Shown: positions 1 to 10,409, counted from the stretch's first letter. The stretch is 64,000 nucleotides of DNA from an uncultured Nitrososphaerales archaeon (GCA_963706445.1 OY970160.1:480001-544000), one strand, 5' to 3'. Numbers and translations: made by a program. Notes: generated by a model not told the origin, from the sequence alone.

Positions 1-19
1 GGGAGCTCGCGAGGTCACA

Positions 20-787
20 ATGAAGATAGCCGTCTGCGTGAAGAACGCCATAGACGAGACCGAGCTCAAGCTCGACCCGTCGGGGAGACCTCAGACCACC
101 GGGGCGCCCACCAAGATGAGCACCTTCGACAAGAACGCCGTCGAGGAGGCTCTTCGGCTCAAGGCCAAGCTCACTGGGGAGGTCACCGTGTTCACTGTCG
201 GCGGGGTGGAATCCAAGAAGACGATGAAGGAAGCCCTCGCGATGGGCGCCGACAGGGGGGTACTGGTCAACTCCGACACCCTCGCCATCGACACCCTGAG
301 GACGGCGGAGCTGCTCGCATCAGCTATAACGAAGGGGGGGCCCTACGACGTCGTCCTTTGCTCAGAGGGATCCTCGGACACATACAGCGGCCAGGTCCCT
401 CCGATGCTGGGGGAACTGCTCGGGTTGCCCTTCGTCGGGTACGCCCGGAAGGTCGAAGTTAACGCCCAGACCGCGAAAGTCGAGCGCTCATTGGAGGACA
501 GCATCGAGGTCGTCGAGGCGCCTCTGCCCTTCGTTGCCTCGGTCATCAGCGAAATCAACGAGCCGAGGTACCCGACTCTGATTCAGATAATGCAGGCTTC
601 GAAGAAGCCCATCGAGGAACTCAGCGGCGACCAGCTCTCGCCTCCATCACCGAAGGGGCACGCCTCCGTCGTCTCGATGTACGCTCAGCCGTCGAGCAGG
701 AAGCACGTAATGATCGAAGGGACCCCAGATGAGGCCGCGGCCAAGCTGGTGGACGCTCTGATGAAAGAAGGGGTGATTTCGAAGTGA
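20..787 (+). CDS. etfB: Electron transfer flavoprotein beta subunit
   Basis: MKIAVCVK N-terminus, D-x-N-A-V-E-E-A-L-R-L-K, ALAMGAD and INEPRYP motifs. Confidence 0.95.
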   Translation: MKIAVCVKNAIDETELKLDPSGRPQTTGAPTKMSTFDKNAVEEALRLKAKLTGEVTVFTVGGVESKKTMKEALAMGADRGVLVNSDTLAIDTLRTAELLASAITKGGPYDVVLCSEGSSDTYSGQVPPMLGELLGLPFVGYARKVEVNAQTAKVERSLEDSIEVVEAPLPFVASVISEINEPRYPTLIQIMQASKKPIEELSGDQLSPPSPKGHASVVSMYAQPSSRKHVMIEGTPDEAAAKLVDALMKEGVISK

Positions 788-1713
788 GCGGGGAAGTCTG
801 GGCATACTCCGAGAACGACGGTGTGGCGAGCGAGGTCGCGTCTGCTGCCATGGAAGCCTCCAAGAACACACCCGCCGGCGTTTTCGTGATAGAAATCGGA
901 GCCGTCCGTCAGGGGGTCTCCGCTCCTGGCTCCCGGCTGCTGCTAAAGGGCCCGTCGCCCGAGTCTCCCCCGGAGGTTGTGGCCGAGGCACTCTTCAGGG
1001 CATGGAAGGAGAGGCAGCCAATCGCGATCCTGATCGGTGCTACAAGGAGTGGAAGGGAGACGGCGTCACGCCTCTCGGCCAAGCTGAAGTCCGGCTGCCT
1101 TTCAGAAGTCGTGAAGCTTTCAGCAGACGGTTCTAGCCTGTCAGGGGAAAGAAACGCCTACGCGGGCAAGGTCGTAGCAAAGGTCAGCTGCGGATTCCCC
1201 GCGGTCGCGACTGTCAAGGGAGGCTACTATCCCCGGGCTTCGTCAGCGCAAGGGAGTACCTCAGAGATCAACGTGGGGGAAATCCCGCAAAAGTCGAAGC
1301 TTGTCAGCCGTGATAAGAAGGCCGCCGGCGCCGTCGACCTAAAGTCCGCCAAGGTCATCGTCTCGGCAGGGAGGGGGGTCAAGAAGAAGGAGGACCTTGC
1401 GATGATCGAGGACCTGGCCAAGGACATGCACGGCGCCCTCGGGTGTTCGAGGCCACTCTCGTCAGACCTGGGTTGGCTCCCCGAGGAGCACCACATAGGC
1501 CTCACCGGCATCACCGTCAAGCCCGACCTGTACCTCGCAGTGGGAATCTCAGGCCAGCTCCAGCACGTGGCCGGCATGAAGGACTCCAAGATCGTGGTGG
1601 CGATAAACACTGACAAGGACGCCCCGATGTTCCAGGCCTCAGACTACGGGATCGTGGGGGACCTGTACCAGCTGGTCCCAGCCATCCGCAAGGCGCTGGG
1701 GAACCGCGGCTGA
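784..1713 (+). CDS. etfA: Electron transfer flavoprotein alpha subunit
   Basis: VIVSAGRG, GCSRPL, IGLTGITVKPDLYLAVGISGQLQHVAGM and AINTD motifs; GTGA overlap with etfB. Confidence 0.95.
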   Translation: MSGEVWAYSENDGVASEVASAAMEASKNTPAGVFVIEIGAVRQGVSAPGSRLLLKGPSPESPPEVVAEALFRAWKERQPIAILIGATRSGRETASRLSAKLKSGCLSEVVKLSADGSSLSGERNAYAGKVVAKVSCGFPAVATVKGGYYPRASSAQGSTSEINVGEIPQKSKLVSRDKKAAGAVDLKSAKVIVSAGRGVKKKEDLAMIEDLAKDMHGALGCSRPLSSDLGWLPEEHHIGLTGITVKPDLYLAVGISGQLQHVAGMKDSKIVVAINTDKDAPMFQASDYGIVGDLYQLVPAIRKALGNRG

Positions 1714-1766
1714 CAACGAGATATTCGGGGACACCCTTTAAGCAGTCGTGGGGCCGCCCGTGAAAC

Positions 1767-3590
1767 ATGGCGGGGCCTGACCTGGGCTACGCAGCCGTCT
1801 ACTCGCTCACCCTGCTCAGCGTAGCGGCGGTTTCCTACTTCCTTATCTCACATTCGAGAAGGACCAAGACGGGAATCGGGCCCCACAGGCTCATCGGGCT
1901 TGCGAAAGATGAGGCAGGAAGGCTGTCGAGCGGCGACCCGGTCTTCCTGATGCACCTCTCAATCGCCCTGGGGGTCGGGCTCTCGATAACGAACTCCATC
2001 CTGGACCCCGTGATGGTCTACGTCCCCTGGCTCAAGATCCTGTTCCTTGCGGCATCCGTCCCGCTCGTCGCGGGCCTAGTGGCCGCATTCGTCTGGAGGC
2101 TCCAGCGGTACGTCCAGAGCAAGCGGGTGGAGAAGGAGCTCAAGACAGATGCCGGGTTCACGTCTGCGTCTAGTGTGCTCCAGCTGATACTTGTCCTTGC
2201 CATCGGTCTGACGACCACAGAGCTCGTGCTCATGTGGCTCCCGTCTCTGGTCCTTGTGGGCGGGCTTGTCGGGGTCTTCAGGAACCTGCTCGTCGCTCTA
2301 TACTACACGCGGCCCAGCGTCAACCTCATCGGGTACTTCGACAAGCCTCTTTCCCAAATCAAGACCCCGTTCAAGCTGGCGGACGTCATGTCAGGGAAGG
2401 TCGACGCATCTGAGATCAGTGTCGGCGTCGGCAAGGTCTCAGAGTTTGACTCGGCCCAGAAACTATCCTTCGATTCCTGCGTCGAGATCGGCGCCTGCGA
2501 AGCCGCCTGCCCTGCGACTGCCGCGGGCCGCCCCCTGTCTCCGAGGGTCCTTGTGAGGAAGGTGAGCATCCTGGCCGGAGGGGGCCAGAGCACCGATCCT
2601 GACCCCCTATCGACCGTGGGCGAGGAAGAGCTCTGGTCCTGCACATCCTGCGGCGCCTGCATGAGCAGCTGCCCCGTTAGCGTCAAGCACCTCGACGTAA
2701 TCTACGACCTGCGGAGGAATCTGGTTGCGAAGGGGAAGCTTGACAAGGAGAAATCTGGGATGCTTGAGAACCTCTCACAGACCCAGAACCCCTACGGGTT
2801 CAAGAACTCCTCGCGCGCAGACTGGGCCCGTGACCTCGGGGTCGCGACCATGGCGTCCAAGCCTGGGGCGGAGTACCTTTACTGGGTGGGGTGCGTCACC
2901 TCGTTCGACCAGAGGGCTCAAAGGATTGCGAGGGCGCTTACGAAGATACTTGACAGGGCAGGCGTGTCGTTCGCAATCCTAGGTAGCGAGGAACTCTGCG
3001 TCGGGGACCCTGCTCGCAGGGTCGGGGAAGAGGGAAGGTACCAGGAGCTCGCCTATCAGAACATAGAGAAGCTGAACTCCTACGGGGTCAAGAAGATAAT
3101 TGCCACCTGCCCCCACTGTTTCAACGCCCTCAAAAACGAGTACCCGGAGTTCGGAGGGAACTTCGAGGTCGTCTATCACACCCAACTGATTTCAGACCTT
3201 ATCAGGGAGGGTAAGGTGAAGGTCCCACCCGACAGGGTGCAGAAGATCTCCGTGACCCTGCACGACGCCTGCTACGCATCCCGATACAACAACGTCTTCG
3301 ATGAGCCCAGGGAGATACTGGGCTCAACCGTCACCGACCTCAGGGAGATGAAGAGGAATAAGGAAAAGACATTCTGCTGCGGCGCCGGGGGTTCGAACTA
3401 CTGGTACAAGGTCGAACAGCAGCGTTCAATCGCAGGAATCAGAACCGAGGAGGCCATGGAGACCGGGGCCAAAGCCATTGCGACCGAGTGCCCCTTCTGC
3501 CTTTCGATGCTCGACGACACCACAAAGGTGATGAACTCAGGGATGGACGTTAGAGACGTTGCTGAGATTGTCGCCGAATGCCTCCAATGA
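1767..3590 (+). CDS. Membrane-bound Fe-S oxidoreductase (HdrD/GlpC CCG-domain, FadF-like ETF:quinone oxidoreductase)
   Basis: N-terminal TM helices, ferredoxin motifs (CVEIGACEAACP, CTSCGACMSSCP), two CCG domains (CPHC, HDAC, FCCGAGG, CPFC); follows etfBA. Confidence 0.85.
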   Translation: MAGPDLGYAAVYSLTLLSVAAVSYFLISHSRRTKTGIGPHRLIGLAKDEAGRLSSGDPVFLMHLSIALGVGLSITNSILDPVMVYVPWLKILFLAASVPLVAGLVAAFVWRLQRYVQSKRVEKELKTDAGFTSASSVLQLILVLAIGLTTTELVLMWLPSLVLVGGLVGVFRNLLVALYYTRPSVNLIGYFDKPLSQIKTPFKLADVMSGKVDASEISVGVGKVSEFDSAQKLSFDSCVEIGACEAACPATAAGRPLSPRVLVRKVSILAGGGQSTDPDPLSTVGEEELWSCTSCGACMSSCPVSVKHLDVIYDLRRNLVAKGKLDKEKSGMLENLSQTQNPYGFKNSSRADWARDLGVATMASKPGAEYLYWVGCVTSFDQRAQRIARALTKILDRAGVSFAILGSEELCVGDPARRVGEEGRYQELAYQNIEKLNSYGVKKIIATCPHCFNALKNEYPEFGGNFEVVYHTQLISDLIREGKVKVPPDRVQKISVTLHDACYASRYNNVFDEPREILGSTVTDLREMKRNKEKTFCCGAGGSNYWYKVEQQRSIAGIRTEEAMETGAKAIATECPFCLSMLDDTTKVMNSGMDVRDVAEIVAECLQ

Positions 3591-3604
3591 GCTGATTCAG
3601 TCAT

Positions 3605-5410
3605 TCAGACTGTCCCTGCAGCCCGCCGGATCACCTTCCCTCCGCCGGCTGGAAGGGACCTTAGCACCTCGTCCAAGGACAGGGGATTCGCCACAGGGCC
3701 TCCTGTTGAAAGCTCCTTGAGCACCTGTTTCGCCGTGTCCGAGCTCTTCTCCTTGTGAGGGCGGAGGACGACATACCGCGCAGACCTAGTGCGGATCGCC
3801 TCTTCGGGTCCGGCGAGCACCCTCCCCGCGGTGTCCACCCCGACGGCGACCTCCACCATGTTCTTGGCCACGAAGTTCTTCTTCCCCCTTATGGCGAAGC
3901 TCCCGCGTGCAAGGTACTCCCCGCTGGGGGCCGCCGGGCTCACCTGGTCTGATACAATCCAGTAGGCATCCGCCGACCCGAGCCCCGTCTTCCAAGCGCT
4001 ACTGAACGCGACAGTAGCCTGGGAGACCTGCCGGATTTCTTCTTCGGTCTGCTCTTCCCCCCCTTTCAGGACGAAGAAGGGAGAACCAAAAAGGTCCGCG
4101 TGATAGACCGTGTCGTAAGGCTCGAGATGTCTTGAGATTAGCGTCGAATTTGACTGAGCGTCTCTGCCGCCGATTGCTAATTTCCCATTGGTGGTCTGGA
4201 ACCATCTGAACTTCTCATACCACTCTGCCTTCCTGCGGGGGAGCAGCTTCCCGCGGGATGCGGCCGCTTTCCTGACCCTGGGCATCCTCTTCTCGAGGTC
4301 TTTCGCCGATTCGAGGGCTTCTTCCGATTTCGCCTCGAGGGCCTTGGCGTGGTCGAAAAGTGCCGAAGCGACCGCCGCCGCCGAAGTCGGCTCTCTCGCC
4401 GTGCGGATCCCGGATTCATCCAAGAGTTTCAGGCCCTCTGACAGGGGAGCGGACCTCACCTTCGCAGCGGCCTCTCTCGCCTTGGCCGCCTCGGCAAGAT
4501 TCGCCTCTGAGTCGGCGCGGAGCCTGGAAACGGTCACTTCAAGCTCCTTCCTCTTCGCCTCCTCCGGGGTCTGGGGCTCGGGGGATGACAGTGCGTCGGA
4601 CAATAGCAGCTTGTCGCACAGCTCAGAGACCGACCCTGCGGTCTCCTTGACCTTCGATACCCTCGGTTGGATCACGAAGAGTTCGTCCCCCTGGGGGGTC
4701 TCCACGATGCACGGCCTGGGGTCTTCTCTAGCTTCTTTGACCATCTCCTGCATTGTGCGGACCACATCCCCTTCCCTTCCCGACAGGCTTTGAGAAGGGG
4801 AGCCATCGGCCACCCCGAGCCTCGCAAGGCATTCGGCCACGTACTTCCTTGGCAGGGCCACATGCTTGCCGATCGCCTTCCCAATGGAGTCCTCTTGGCC
4901 GAGCATCTCTCTCACGGCGTTCTCATCGATGTCCGCCGGGCTCAGGCGCGACTGTTTCGGAGGAGGATAGTTGGACCCCTTGACGACGTACCTTGCCTGC
5001 GACCGCACTTCGTTCTGGGCGAGGATTATTCTGCGTCCCTCGTCGGTGACGATGACGTTGCCAGGGGGCATCATCTCCACCACCAGCGACTTTCGCTCTC
5101 TAGCCTCGAATTCGAGGACGAATACCCTGTCCAGGTCGACCTGGGTCGATTCCACGAACTTCGCTCTTTCCAGCTCACCACGGAGCCTGGAGGTGAATTC
5201 GCCCGTCTCCGCGCGCTCTTTGACTTCACGCGAGACCCAGACCCCCTTCCTGGGTGAAACGACCAGCCAGCGGTCCTCCTCGTCCGGCCTTCTAAGTCGG
5301 AAGAGCTGGGAAGGTCCGGCCGTGTAAATATTATTAACATAGGCTCCGCGCAGCGCCGAATTGATCTCCTTGAGCAAGGCCAAGACCTCGAAACCCGAAA
5401 GCTCAGCCAT
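3605..5410 (-). CDS. rqcH: NFACT-family ribosome quality control protein (Rqc2/RqcH-like)
   Basis: N-terminal DRV and EMMPPGNVI; C-terminal WYEKFRWF, GGRDAQSN, HAD and SGEYL..GSF.IRG motifs. Confidence 0.9.
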   Translation of the reverse strand: MAELSGFEVLALLKEINSALRGAYVNNIYTAGPSQLFRLRRPDEEDRWLVVSPRKGVWVSREVKERAETGEFTSRLRGELERAKFVESTQVDLDRVFVLEFEARERKSLVVEMMPPGNVIVTDEGRRIILAQNEVRSQARYVVKGSNYPPPKQSRLSPADIDENAVREMLGQEDSIGKAIGKHVALPRKYVAECLARLGVADGSPSQSLSGREGDVVRTMQEMVKEAREDPRPCIVETPQGDELFVIQPRVSKVKETAGSVSELCDKLLLSDALSSPEPQTPEEAKRKELEVTVSRLRADSEANLAEAAKAREAAAKVRSAPLSEGLKLLDESGIRTAREPTSAAAVASALFDHAKALEAKSEEALESAKDLEKRMPRVRKAAASRGKLLPRRKAEWYEKFRWFQTTNGKLAIGGRDAQSNSTLISRHLEPYDTVYHADLFGSPFFVLKGGEEQTEEEIRQVSQATVAFSSAWKTGLGSADAYWIVSDQVSPAAPSGEYLARGSFAIRGKKNFVAKNMVEVAVGVDTAGRVLAGPEEAIRTRSARYVVLRPHKEKSSDTAKQVLKELSTGGPVANPLSLDEVLRSLPAGGGKVIRRAAGTV

Positions 5411-5705
5411 ACAGCCTCAGCCTCTGCCCTCGTTTGATAAGCTATACTGGTCCAGACTTGGGCTTGCGGCCGTCGCCGGCTTCCTCGCAGAGGTCATCGT
5501 CGGGACAGACTACGCCAGCGGCATCAGCATCGGCATCCTGTTCTACCTGATATCCTACTACGCGGCCCGCTTCACCCTGTACAAGGGGCTCGGAAGAAAA
5601 GGGCAGGGAAAAATCTACACCACTGGCATAGGAGGGTTCCTTATGGTGTTCCTGTTCACTTGGATACTGTTCTTCACTCTGCAGACTGCGGGCTACTTGC
5701 CGTGA
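5361..5705 (+). CDS. Small three-TM membrane protein, EMC6-like (start uncertain, 5361 or about 5409)
   Basis: Three hydrophobic helices ending GIGGFLMVFLFTWILFFTL, reminiscent of the EMC6/Rab5ip C-terminus. Confidence 0.55.
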   Translation: MISLSKAKTSKPESSAIQPQPLPSFDKLYWSRLGLAAVAGFLAEVIVGTDYASGISIGILFYLISYYAARFTLYKGLGRKGQGKIYTTGIGGFLMVFLFTWILFFTLQTAGYLP

Positions 5706-5991
5706 GCCTAGAGTAGTTCAGCAGAGTCTCGGCATAACCCACGTCAAAATCGTCGGCCATCTCGCTCGCCGTGATGGACTTCGCGGCCCTCTCGATCCTT
5801 CCACTGTCCCAGGTCCGCATCGTCCCTTCCTTCGCCTTTGACATGCTAGAATAGATGCCTGCGGCGGCGAGGAGTCCCCCTCTCTCTTTTTCCGACTTCA
5901 CTTCCGGAGTAAGCGTCTGAATCTTCCTCTTTGCGTCCTCTAGGTCGTTGTTCTTCAGCGAATAAAGAATAGAAGCGATGTTCTCCTGCAC
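5674..5991 (-). CDS. Hypothetical helical protein (GTG start at 5991 or 6009)
   Basis: Open frame with typical codon usage; TATA-like GTTAAATAT at 6022-6030 on the minus strand. Confidence 0.55.
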   Translation of the reverse strand: MQENIASILYSLKNNDLEDAKRKIQTLTPEVKSEKERGGLLAAAGIYSSMSKAKEGTMRTWDSGRIERAAKSITASEMADDFDVGYAETLLNYSRLTASSPQSAE

Positions 5992-6148
5992 GACCTTACT
6001 CGTTAGCACATCGACTACACGATATTTAACCTTCCTTAAGCTCGCGGCGCAAAAAAATTTGCACAATTGGTCACATTCGATGCGAGCGGCGCCTTACAAT
6101 GCAGAATTTGGATATACTCGATGGATATACTCGGCAATCCGCTGTACT

Positions 6149-6877
6149 TCAGGTAACTCCGGCCGCCCCCACCTCCATCCTCGCCCCTTCACCCGACGAT
6201 AGAAGAGTGGCCTTCGTCATCGCTCCATCTCTTTCCAACATGACCGATGCGTGGACCAGTTGTTCGACCGTCCTCCCGCCGATGCTCACATCACGCGAGG
6301 GTCCGAAGGTGACTCTATTGGTCAAGATGTATGCCCTGCCGTTGATGTAGGCGTCCCGGGCCATTTCGCTGATGTGAACGCCGAGGGCCGCCTGCCTGTT
6401 GGAGAGGTTGGACGTCCCGGGGAGCTCGACCGAGAAGTTCCGCGTCAGCGTGTCGACGACGACGAGCCTGGACGAGGCGGTCGCTGGCCGGGCCTGCATG
6501 TTGCGCACCGTTTCGAGCTGCTCGGACACCGAGTCTGTCCTCACATAGATCACCCGCTCCATGAGCCCTCCAATCTCCCACCCACGTGCCTCCGCCATCT
6601 GTTCGAGCCTTTCGGGCCTGAACGAACCCTCGGTGTCGACATAGAGGGAAGGTTCCTCCCTCCTTGCTGCTTCGAGCACGGCCTGCATTGCCAGCTGCGA
6701 CTTCCCGCTGTTGCTTCTTCCGAAGACCTCAGTCAGCGTCCCGGCCCGGTAGCCTCCCCCAAGGAGGGCGTCAAGTTTCTTCGACCCTGAACTGTGGCGT
6801 TCGAAGGCCGCGACCCTCTTTACGGACGATTCGGCCGACTCCCAAAACCCTGACGTCTCTTCCGACCCCGCCCTCAT
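6149..6877 (-). CDS. radB: RadB / RecA-family DNA repair ATPase
   Basis: LDALLGGG, Walker A GRSNSGKS, YVDTEGSFRPERL, Walker B LVVVD; lacks the RadA N-terminal domain. Confidence 0.85.
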   Translation of the reverse strand: MRAGSEETSGFWESAESSVKRVAAFERHSSGSKKLDALLGGGYRAGTLTEVFGRSNSGKSQLAMQAVLEAARREEPSLYVDTEGSFRPERLEQMAEARGWEIGGLMERVIYVRTDSVSEQLETVRNMQARPATASSRLVVVDTLTRNFSVELPGTSNLSNRQAALGVHISEMARDAYINGRAYILTNRVTFGPSRDVSIGGRTVEQLVHASVMLERDGAMTKATLLSSGEGARMEVGAAGVT

Positions 6878-6938
6878 TTCGCTTTCATCACCGATGTCTT
6901 TTTAACTGTGAGGCGAGGCCCGTCGAAAAAGTTCTGAC

Positions 6939-7190
6939 GTGAATTCTCAGCCGCCTCAACCGACCAAGCGTCCTCTCAATGTCCTACAAAAGGCGACAAA
7001 CAAGCTCGTCTCTGTCCGCCTGAAGAATGAAATCGAATACAAGGGGAGGATGTCCAACGTCGATCCATACATGAACGTGATTCTGGTCGACGCGGAGGAG
7101 TCGGAGAACGGCGCCAAGGTGGCGAACTACGGGAAGGTAGTCATCCGAGGCAACAACGTCCTCTATGTCAAGATAGAGGACAGACTCTAG
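6939..7190 (+). CDS. Sm-like (Lsm) RNA-binding protein
   Basis: Sm1 motif (YKG..DPYMNVIL.DAEE) and Sm2 motif (GKVVIRGNNV). Confidence 0.93.
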   Translation: MNSQPPQPTKRPLNVLQKATNKLVSVRLKNEIEYKGRMSNVDPYMNVILVDAEESENGAKVANYGKVVIRGNNVLYVKIEDRL

Positions 7191-7202
7191 GAGGCACGGC
7201 GG

Positions 7203-8414
7203 GTGCCGCGGTCGCTTCATGTAGAGGAACTCACAGGGCGTAGCGTAGCGGACCTCGACGTCGAGATAGTCGAAAGGAAGGGGAAGGGTCATCCCGACAG
7301 CCTCATCGACGGTGCCTCGGAGGCGGTCTCCCTGGGGCTGTCTGACTACTATCTGAAGCATTTTGGGGCGATCCTTCACCACAACGTCGACAAGGGGATC
7401 CTCGTTGGCGGCAGGTCCCAGGCGGGATTCGGAACAGGGACCATTATTGCCCCGATCTACCTCATGGTCGCCGGGAGGGCCACTGAGCTGGTTCCCATCA
7501 AGGGGAAGATGGTCGAAGTCCCGGTCGAGGAGATAGCCCGGCAGTCTATCAGAGATTTCATCCGTGAAACGATGAGGTTCCTCGACCCAGACAAGCACGT
7601 GGTGATTGACACCAAGATCAAGCAGGGGTCGCCGGACCTAGTCGCAGTATTCATGCGTAAGGGGGCGATGCCTGTCTCCAACGACACATCCATAGGCGTA
7701 GGGTACGCGCCTCTGTCCCCCACAGAGAACCTCGTCCTTTCGTCAGAAAAGCTCCTTAACTCCCCATCGTTCAAAAGGAGGTTCCCGGAAGTGGGAGAGG
7801 ACGTCAAGGTGATGGGGCTCAGGAGGGGTAAGAAACTTGAAGCCACGGTGGCGGCCGCAATGGTGAGCCGCAAGATCCCGGACGCCAGCCACTACATCAG
7901 CGTAATGGACGACGTCCACGAGGAGCTCCAGAAGCTTGCAGAGGAAGTCAGGCTGGACGTCAACTTCAAGTTGAACGCCGCCGACAACCCAAAGCACGGA
8001 GATTTCTATCTGACGGTGACGGGGACTTCCGCGGAACAGGGAGACGACGGGAACACCGGCAGGGGCAATAGGGTCAACGGCCTCATATCTCCGATGCGCC
8101 AGTACTCCATGGAGGCGACAGCGGGGAAGAACCCGGTGAACCACACCGGGAAGATCCTGAACGCCCTAGCCGTCCTGACAGCTAGAGAGATTGTGAAGAA
8201 GGTGCCCACAGTGAAGGAGTCCTACGTGCGGGTCCTCAGCAGGATCGGGAAACCCATCGACCAGCCGCTCATAGCCAGCGCAGCGGTGGTTCTCGAAAAG
8301 GGAGGAAGGATTTCCAGGGTCCGTGGGGAAATCGAGTCCATCATGGACGACTCGCTGGAGGACATCAGGCGGGTCACGAACCTGATTCTAGAGCGAAAGA
8401 TCGAGCTATTCTAG
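7203..8414 (+). CDS. mat: Archaeal S-adenosylmethionine synthetase
   Basis: EIVERKG.GHPD, HHNVDKG, NDTS.GVGYAP, GEDVKVMG, GRGNR.NGLI and AGKNP.NH.GK motifs. Confidence 0.95.
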   Translation: MPRSLHVEELTGRSVADLDVEIVERKGKGHPDSLIDGASEAVSLGLSDYYLKHFGAILHHNVDKGILVGGRSQAGFGTGTIIAPIYLMVAGRATELVPIKGKMVEVPVEEIARQSIRDFIRETMRFLDPDKHVVIDTKIKQGSPDLVAVFMRKGAMPVSNDTSIGVGYAPLSPTENLVLSSEKLLNSPSFKRRFPEVGEDVKVMGLRRGKKLEATVAAAMVSRKIPDASHYISVMDDVHEELQKLAEEVRLDVNFKLNAADNPKHGDFYLTVTGTSAEQGDDGNTGRGNRVNGLISPMRQYSMEATAGKNPVNHTGKILNALAVLTAREIVKKVPTVKESYVRVLSRIGKPIDQPLIASAAVVLEKGGRISRVRGEIESIMDDSLEDIRRVTNLILERKIELF

Positions 8415-9293
8415 CGCGGCTGATTTCCCGGTCACGTAGTCGAAAGAGTTCTGGGCATCGGACTCTACACCGTAGGCCCTATCGAAGAAGGCGCACACCG
8501 CCTTCACATCGTGCATCAGCAGTTCAGCGCTGTTCGGGTGGCCGGCGACGACGGCCTGAGGCCAGTCGATGAGCCAGACCCGTGATCCGTCGGACAATAT
8601 GTTGTATTCGCTAAGGTCGGCGTTCACAAGCCCGGCCTTGGTATAGGCCGCGCGCATCAATCTGAGTATGGTCTTCAGGGCCGCGCCTGCATCTTCCATG
8701 TAGGGCCGCTGCGAAAGCCTCACCCCTGACAGCTCCTCCAATAGTACCGTGCTTCTGCTGTATGAGATGGCCCTGGGAAACGACGTGGAGAGACCTTCGA
8801 GCTTCCTCAGGGCGTGGTACTCTCTCTTCGCAGCGTCGTAGTTTGCTGTCATCCAGCTCCTGAACTCCGCTGTTTCCCTCGCTCGCTTCTTCCTGATGCT
8901 CGTGAAGCTGATCCTTCCGATCTTGTAGAGCTTGAGGGCGTAGACAGTCCCTTCCTCGGTCAGTGCTTCGTACACATCCGATTCCTTCCCTTTTGCGATT
9001 ACGGCCCCCAGCGCGAATATCAGGTCTTTCTTCACGTAATCCTTCAGGGCCATCGCCTCGACCCCTTCTCGGGTGAGGACGTAACCCTGTCCCTTGCGCA
9101 TCGCCAGCCCCTTCCTCTCTAGGGCGTCGGTGGCGAAGTTCACGCGATCAGGTGGCAGGCGGCTCATCCTGGCGATCCTCCCCAGGTCGGGGGTCCCGTA
9201 TCCTGAGGACGCTCTTTCTAGGCCCGCAAGGGTCCTCCACTCCTCGTCCTTGAGGGATTTCAGGACCCGCGCCGCGTTCTCGGTGGTAGACAC
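8406..9293 (-). CDS. rio2: RIO2-type serine/threonine kinase
   Basis: N-terminal winged helix, GKESDVY, DLSEYNIL and IDWPQ motifs. Confidence 0.9.
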   Translation of the reverse strand: MSTTENAARVLKSLKDEEWRTLAGLERASSGYGTPDLGRIARMSRLPPDRVNFATDALERKGLAMRKGQGYVLTREGVEAMALKDYVKKDLIFALGAVIAKGKESDVYEALTEEGTVYALKLYKIGRISFTSIRKKRARETAEFRSWMTANYDAAKREYHALRKLEGLSTSFPRAISYSRSTVLLEELSGVRLSQRPYMEDAGAALKTILRLMRAAYTKAGLVNADLSEYNILSDGSRVWLIDWPQAVVAGHPNSAELLMHDVKAVCAFFDRAYGVESDAQNSFDYVTGKSAALE

Positions 9294-9352
9294 GTCTAGA
9301 CAGTCTGGGCAGTGCCCCTCGTTATATCAAAGGGAGCCTTTGCCCCGGGCGT

Positions 9353-10399
9353 TCACATCAAGAGTCTGTGGTTTGCCTTTGCGTAGGCGCCCCAATAGGG
9401 GTCAGGACTTTGGACGTACCTCTTCGCAGGCCTTCCGTCCAGGAGCCTTAGGCCTTCGCCTTTCCTCACGACCCCGATTTCCACCCCTCCATGACCAGCA
9501 CGCCGCAAGATGTCAAGGAGCTCATCCAGCTTTTTCGGCGCGCAGGTTATCAGCAGGGCCCCTTCTCCCATCGTCGTCAGCGGATCCAATCCGAAAACCC
9601 TGCAGACTTCGGCAGCTTCCTTCGAGACAGGTATCTTCTCCGGGTCGACAAAGAATGATTTCTCCGACGCAGCAGCCATCTCATCCAGAGCCCCCAAGAC
9701 TCCCCCCTCGGTGGCGTCGTGCATCGATGTCACGCCGTCAGGGCCGAGACCTACCTGTCGCGCGGTCCTCGAGTCTTCCACGGTCGTGCATAGGCTGGTG
9801 AACCTGACAGCTTTCCTGACGATGGCCTTTCCGGCCTTGGAGGCCGTGAAATCTGGGAATGAAGCGGCCAGGGACGCCGTTGCCTCTATGGCAGCATGCT
9901 TCGTCATAACAATGCTGTCCCCCGGTCGGGACATGGCCGGGGTCAGGTAGCCCCCCTCCTTGGCGAACCCAAGCATTGCTCCACTCCCAATCACCGTGTA
10001 GCCTGCGCCAGGGTAACTGCCGGTGTGTCCTCCCGCTATGGCGACCCCTAGCTTCTTGCACTCGTCTCCGACAGCTCTGATGTAGCCTTCCCTCTCCTTT
10101 TCGCCCATGGCCTCCGGGAAGTTGTAGCTGAGGAGTGCGAACTCTGGGTCGACTCCAGAAGTAGTGTAGTCCGAGGCGATCAGATGGACGCTCAGCCAGG
10201 CGGAGAGCTTCATGCCGAGGGCAGGGATGGCTGAGATCGGGTCCACGGTCACGATAATGACCTGACCTCGGCCGATTGAGACCACCCCGTTGTCCAGGCC
10301 CTTTCCGGGCCCGAAGGTTATCTTCGCGTCCGGCCTTCCCAGGTGTGAGTAGACGACTTCATCCATGAAGCTGTCCGGCTCCTTCCCGATGTGGCCCAA
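9353..10399 (-). CDS. AIR synthase-related (PurM/HypE/ThiL superfamily) protein
   Basis: GPG.G.D, DPI, AGGHT and MHDATEGGVLGALDEMA motifs. Confidence 0.85.
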   Translation of the reverse strand: MGHIGKEPDSFMDEVVYSHLGRPDAKITFGPGKGLDNGVVSIGRGQVIIVTVDPISAIPALGMKLSAWLSVHLIASDYTTSGVDPEFALLSYNFPEAMGEKEREGYIRAVGDECKKLGVAIAGGHTGSYPGAGYTVIGSGAMLGFAKEGGYLTPAMSRPGDSIVMTKHAAIEATASLAASFPDFTASKAGKAIVRKAVRFTSLCTTVEDSRTARQVGLGPDGVTSMHDATEGGVLGALDEMAAASEKSFFVDPEKIPVSKEAAEVCRVFGLDPLTTMGEGALLITCAPKKLDELLDILRRAGHGGVEIGVVRKGEGLRLLDGRPAKRYVQSPDPYWGAYAKANHRLLM

Positions 10400-10409
10400 G
10401 GCATGCCGC

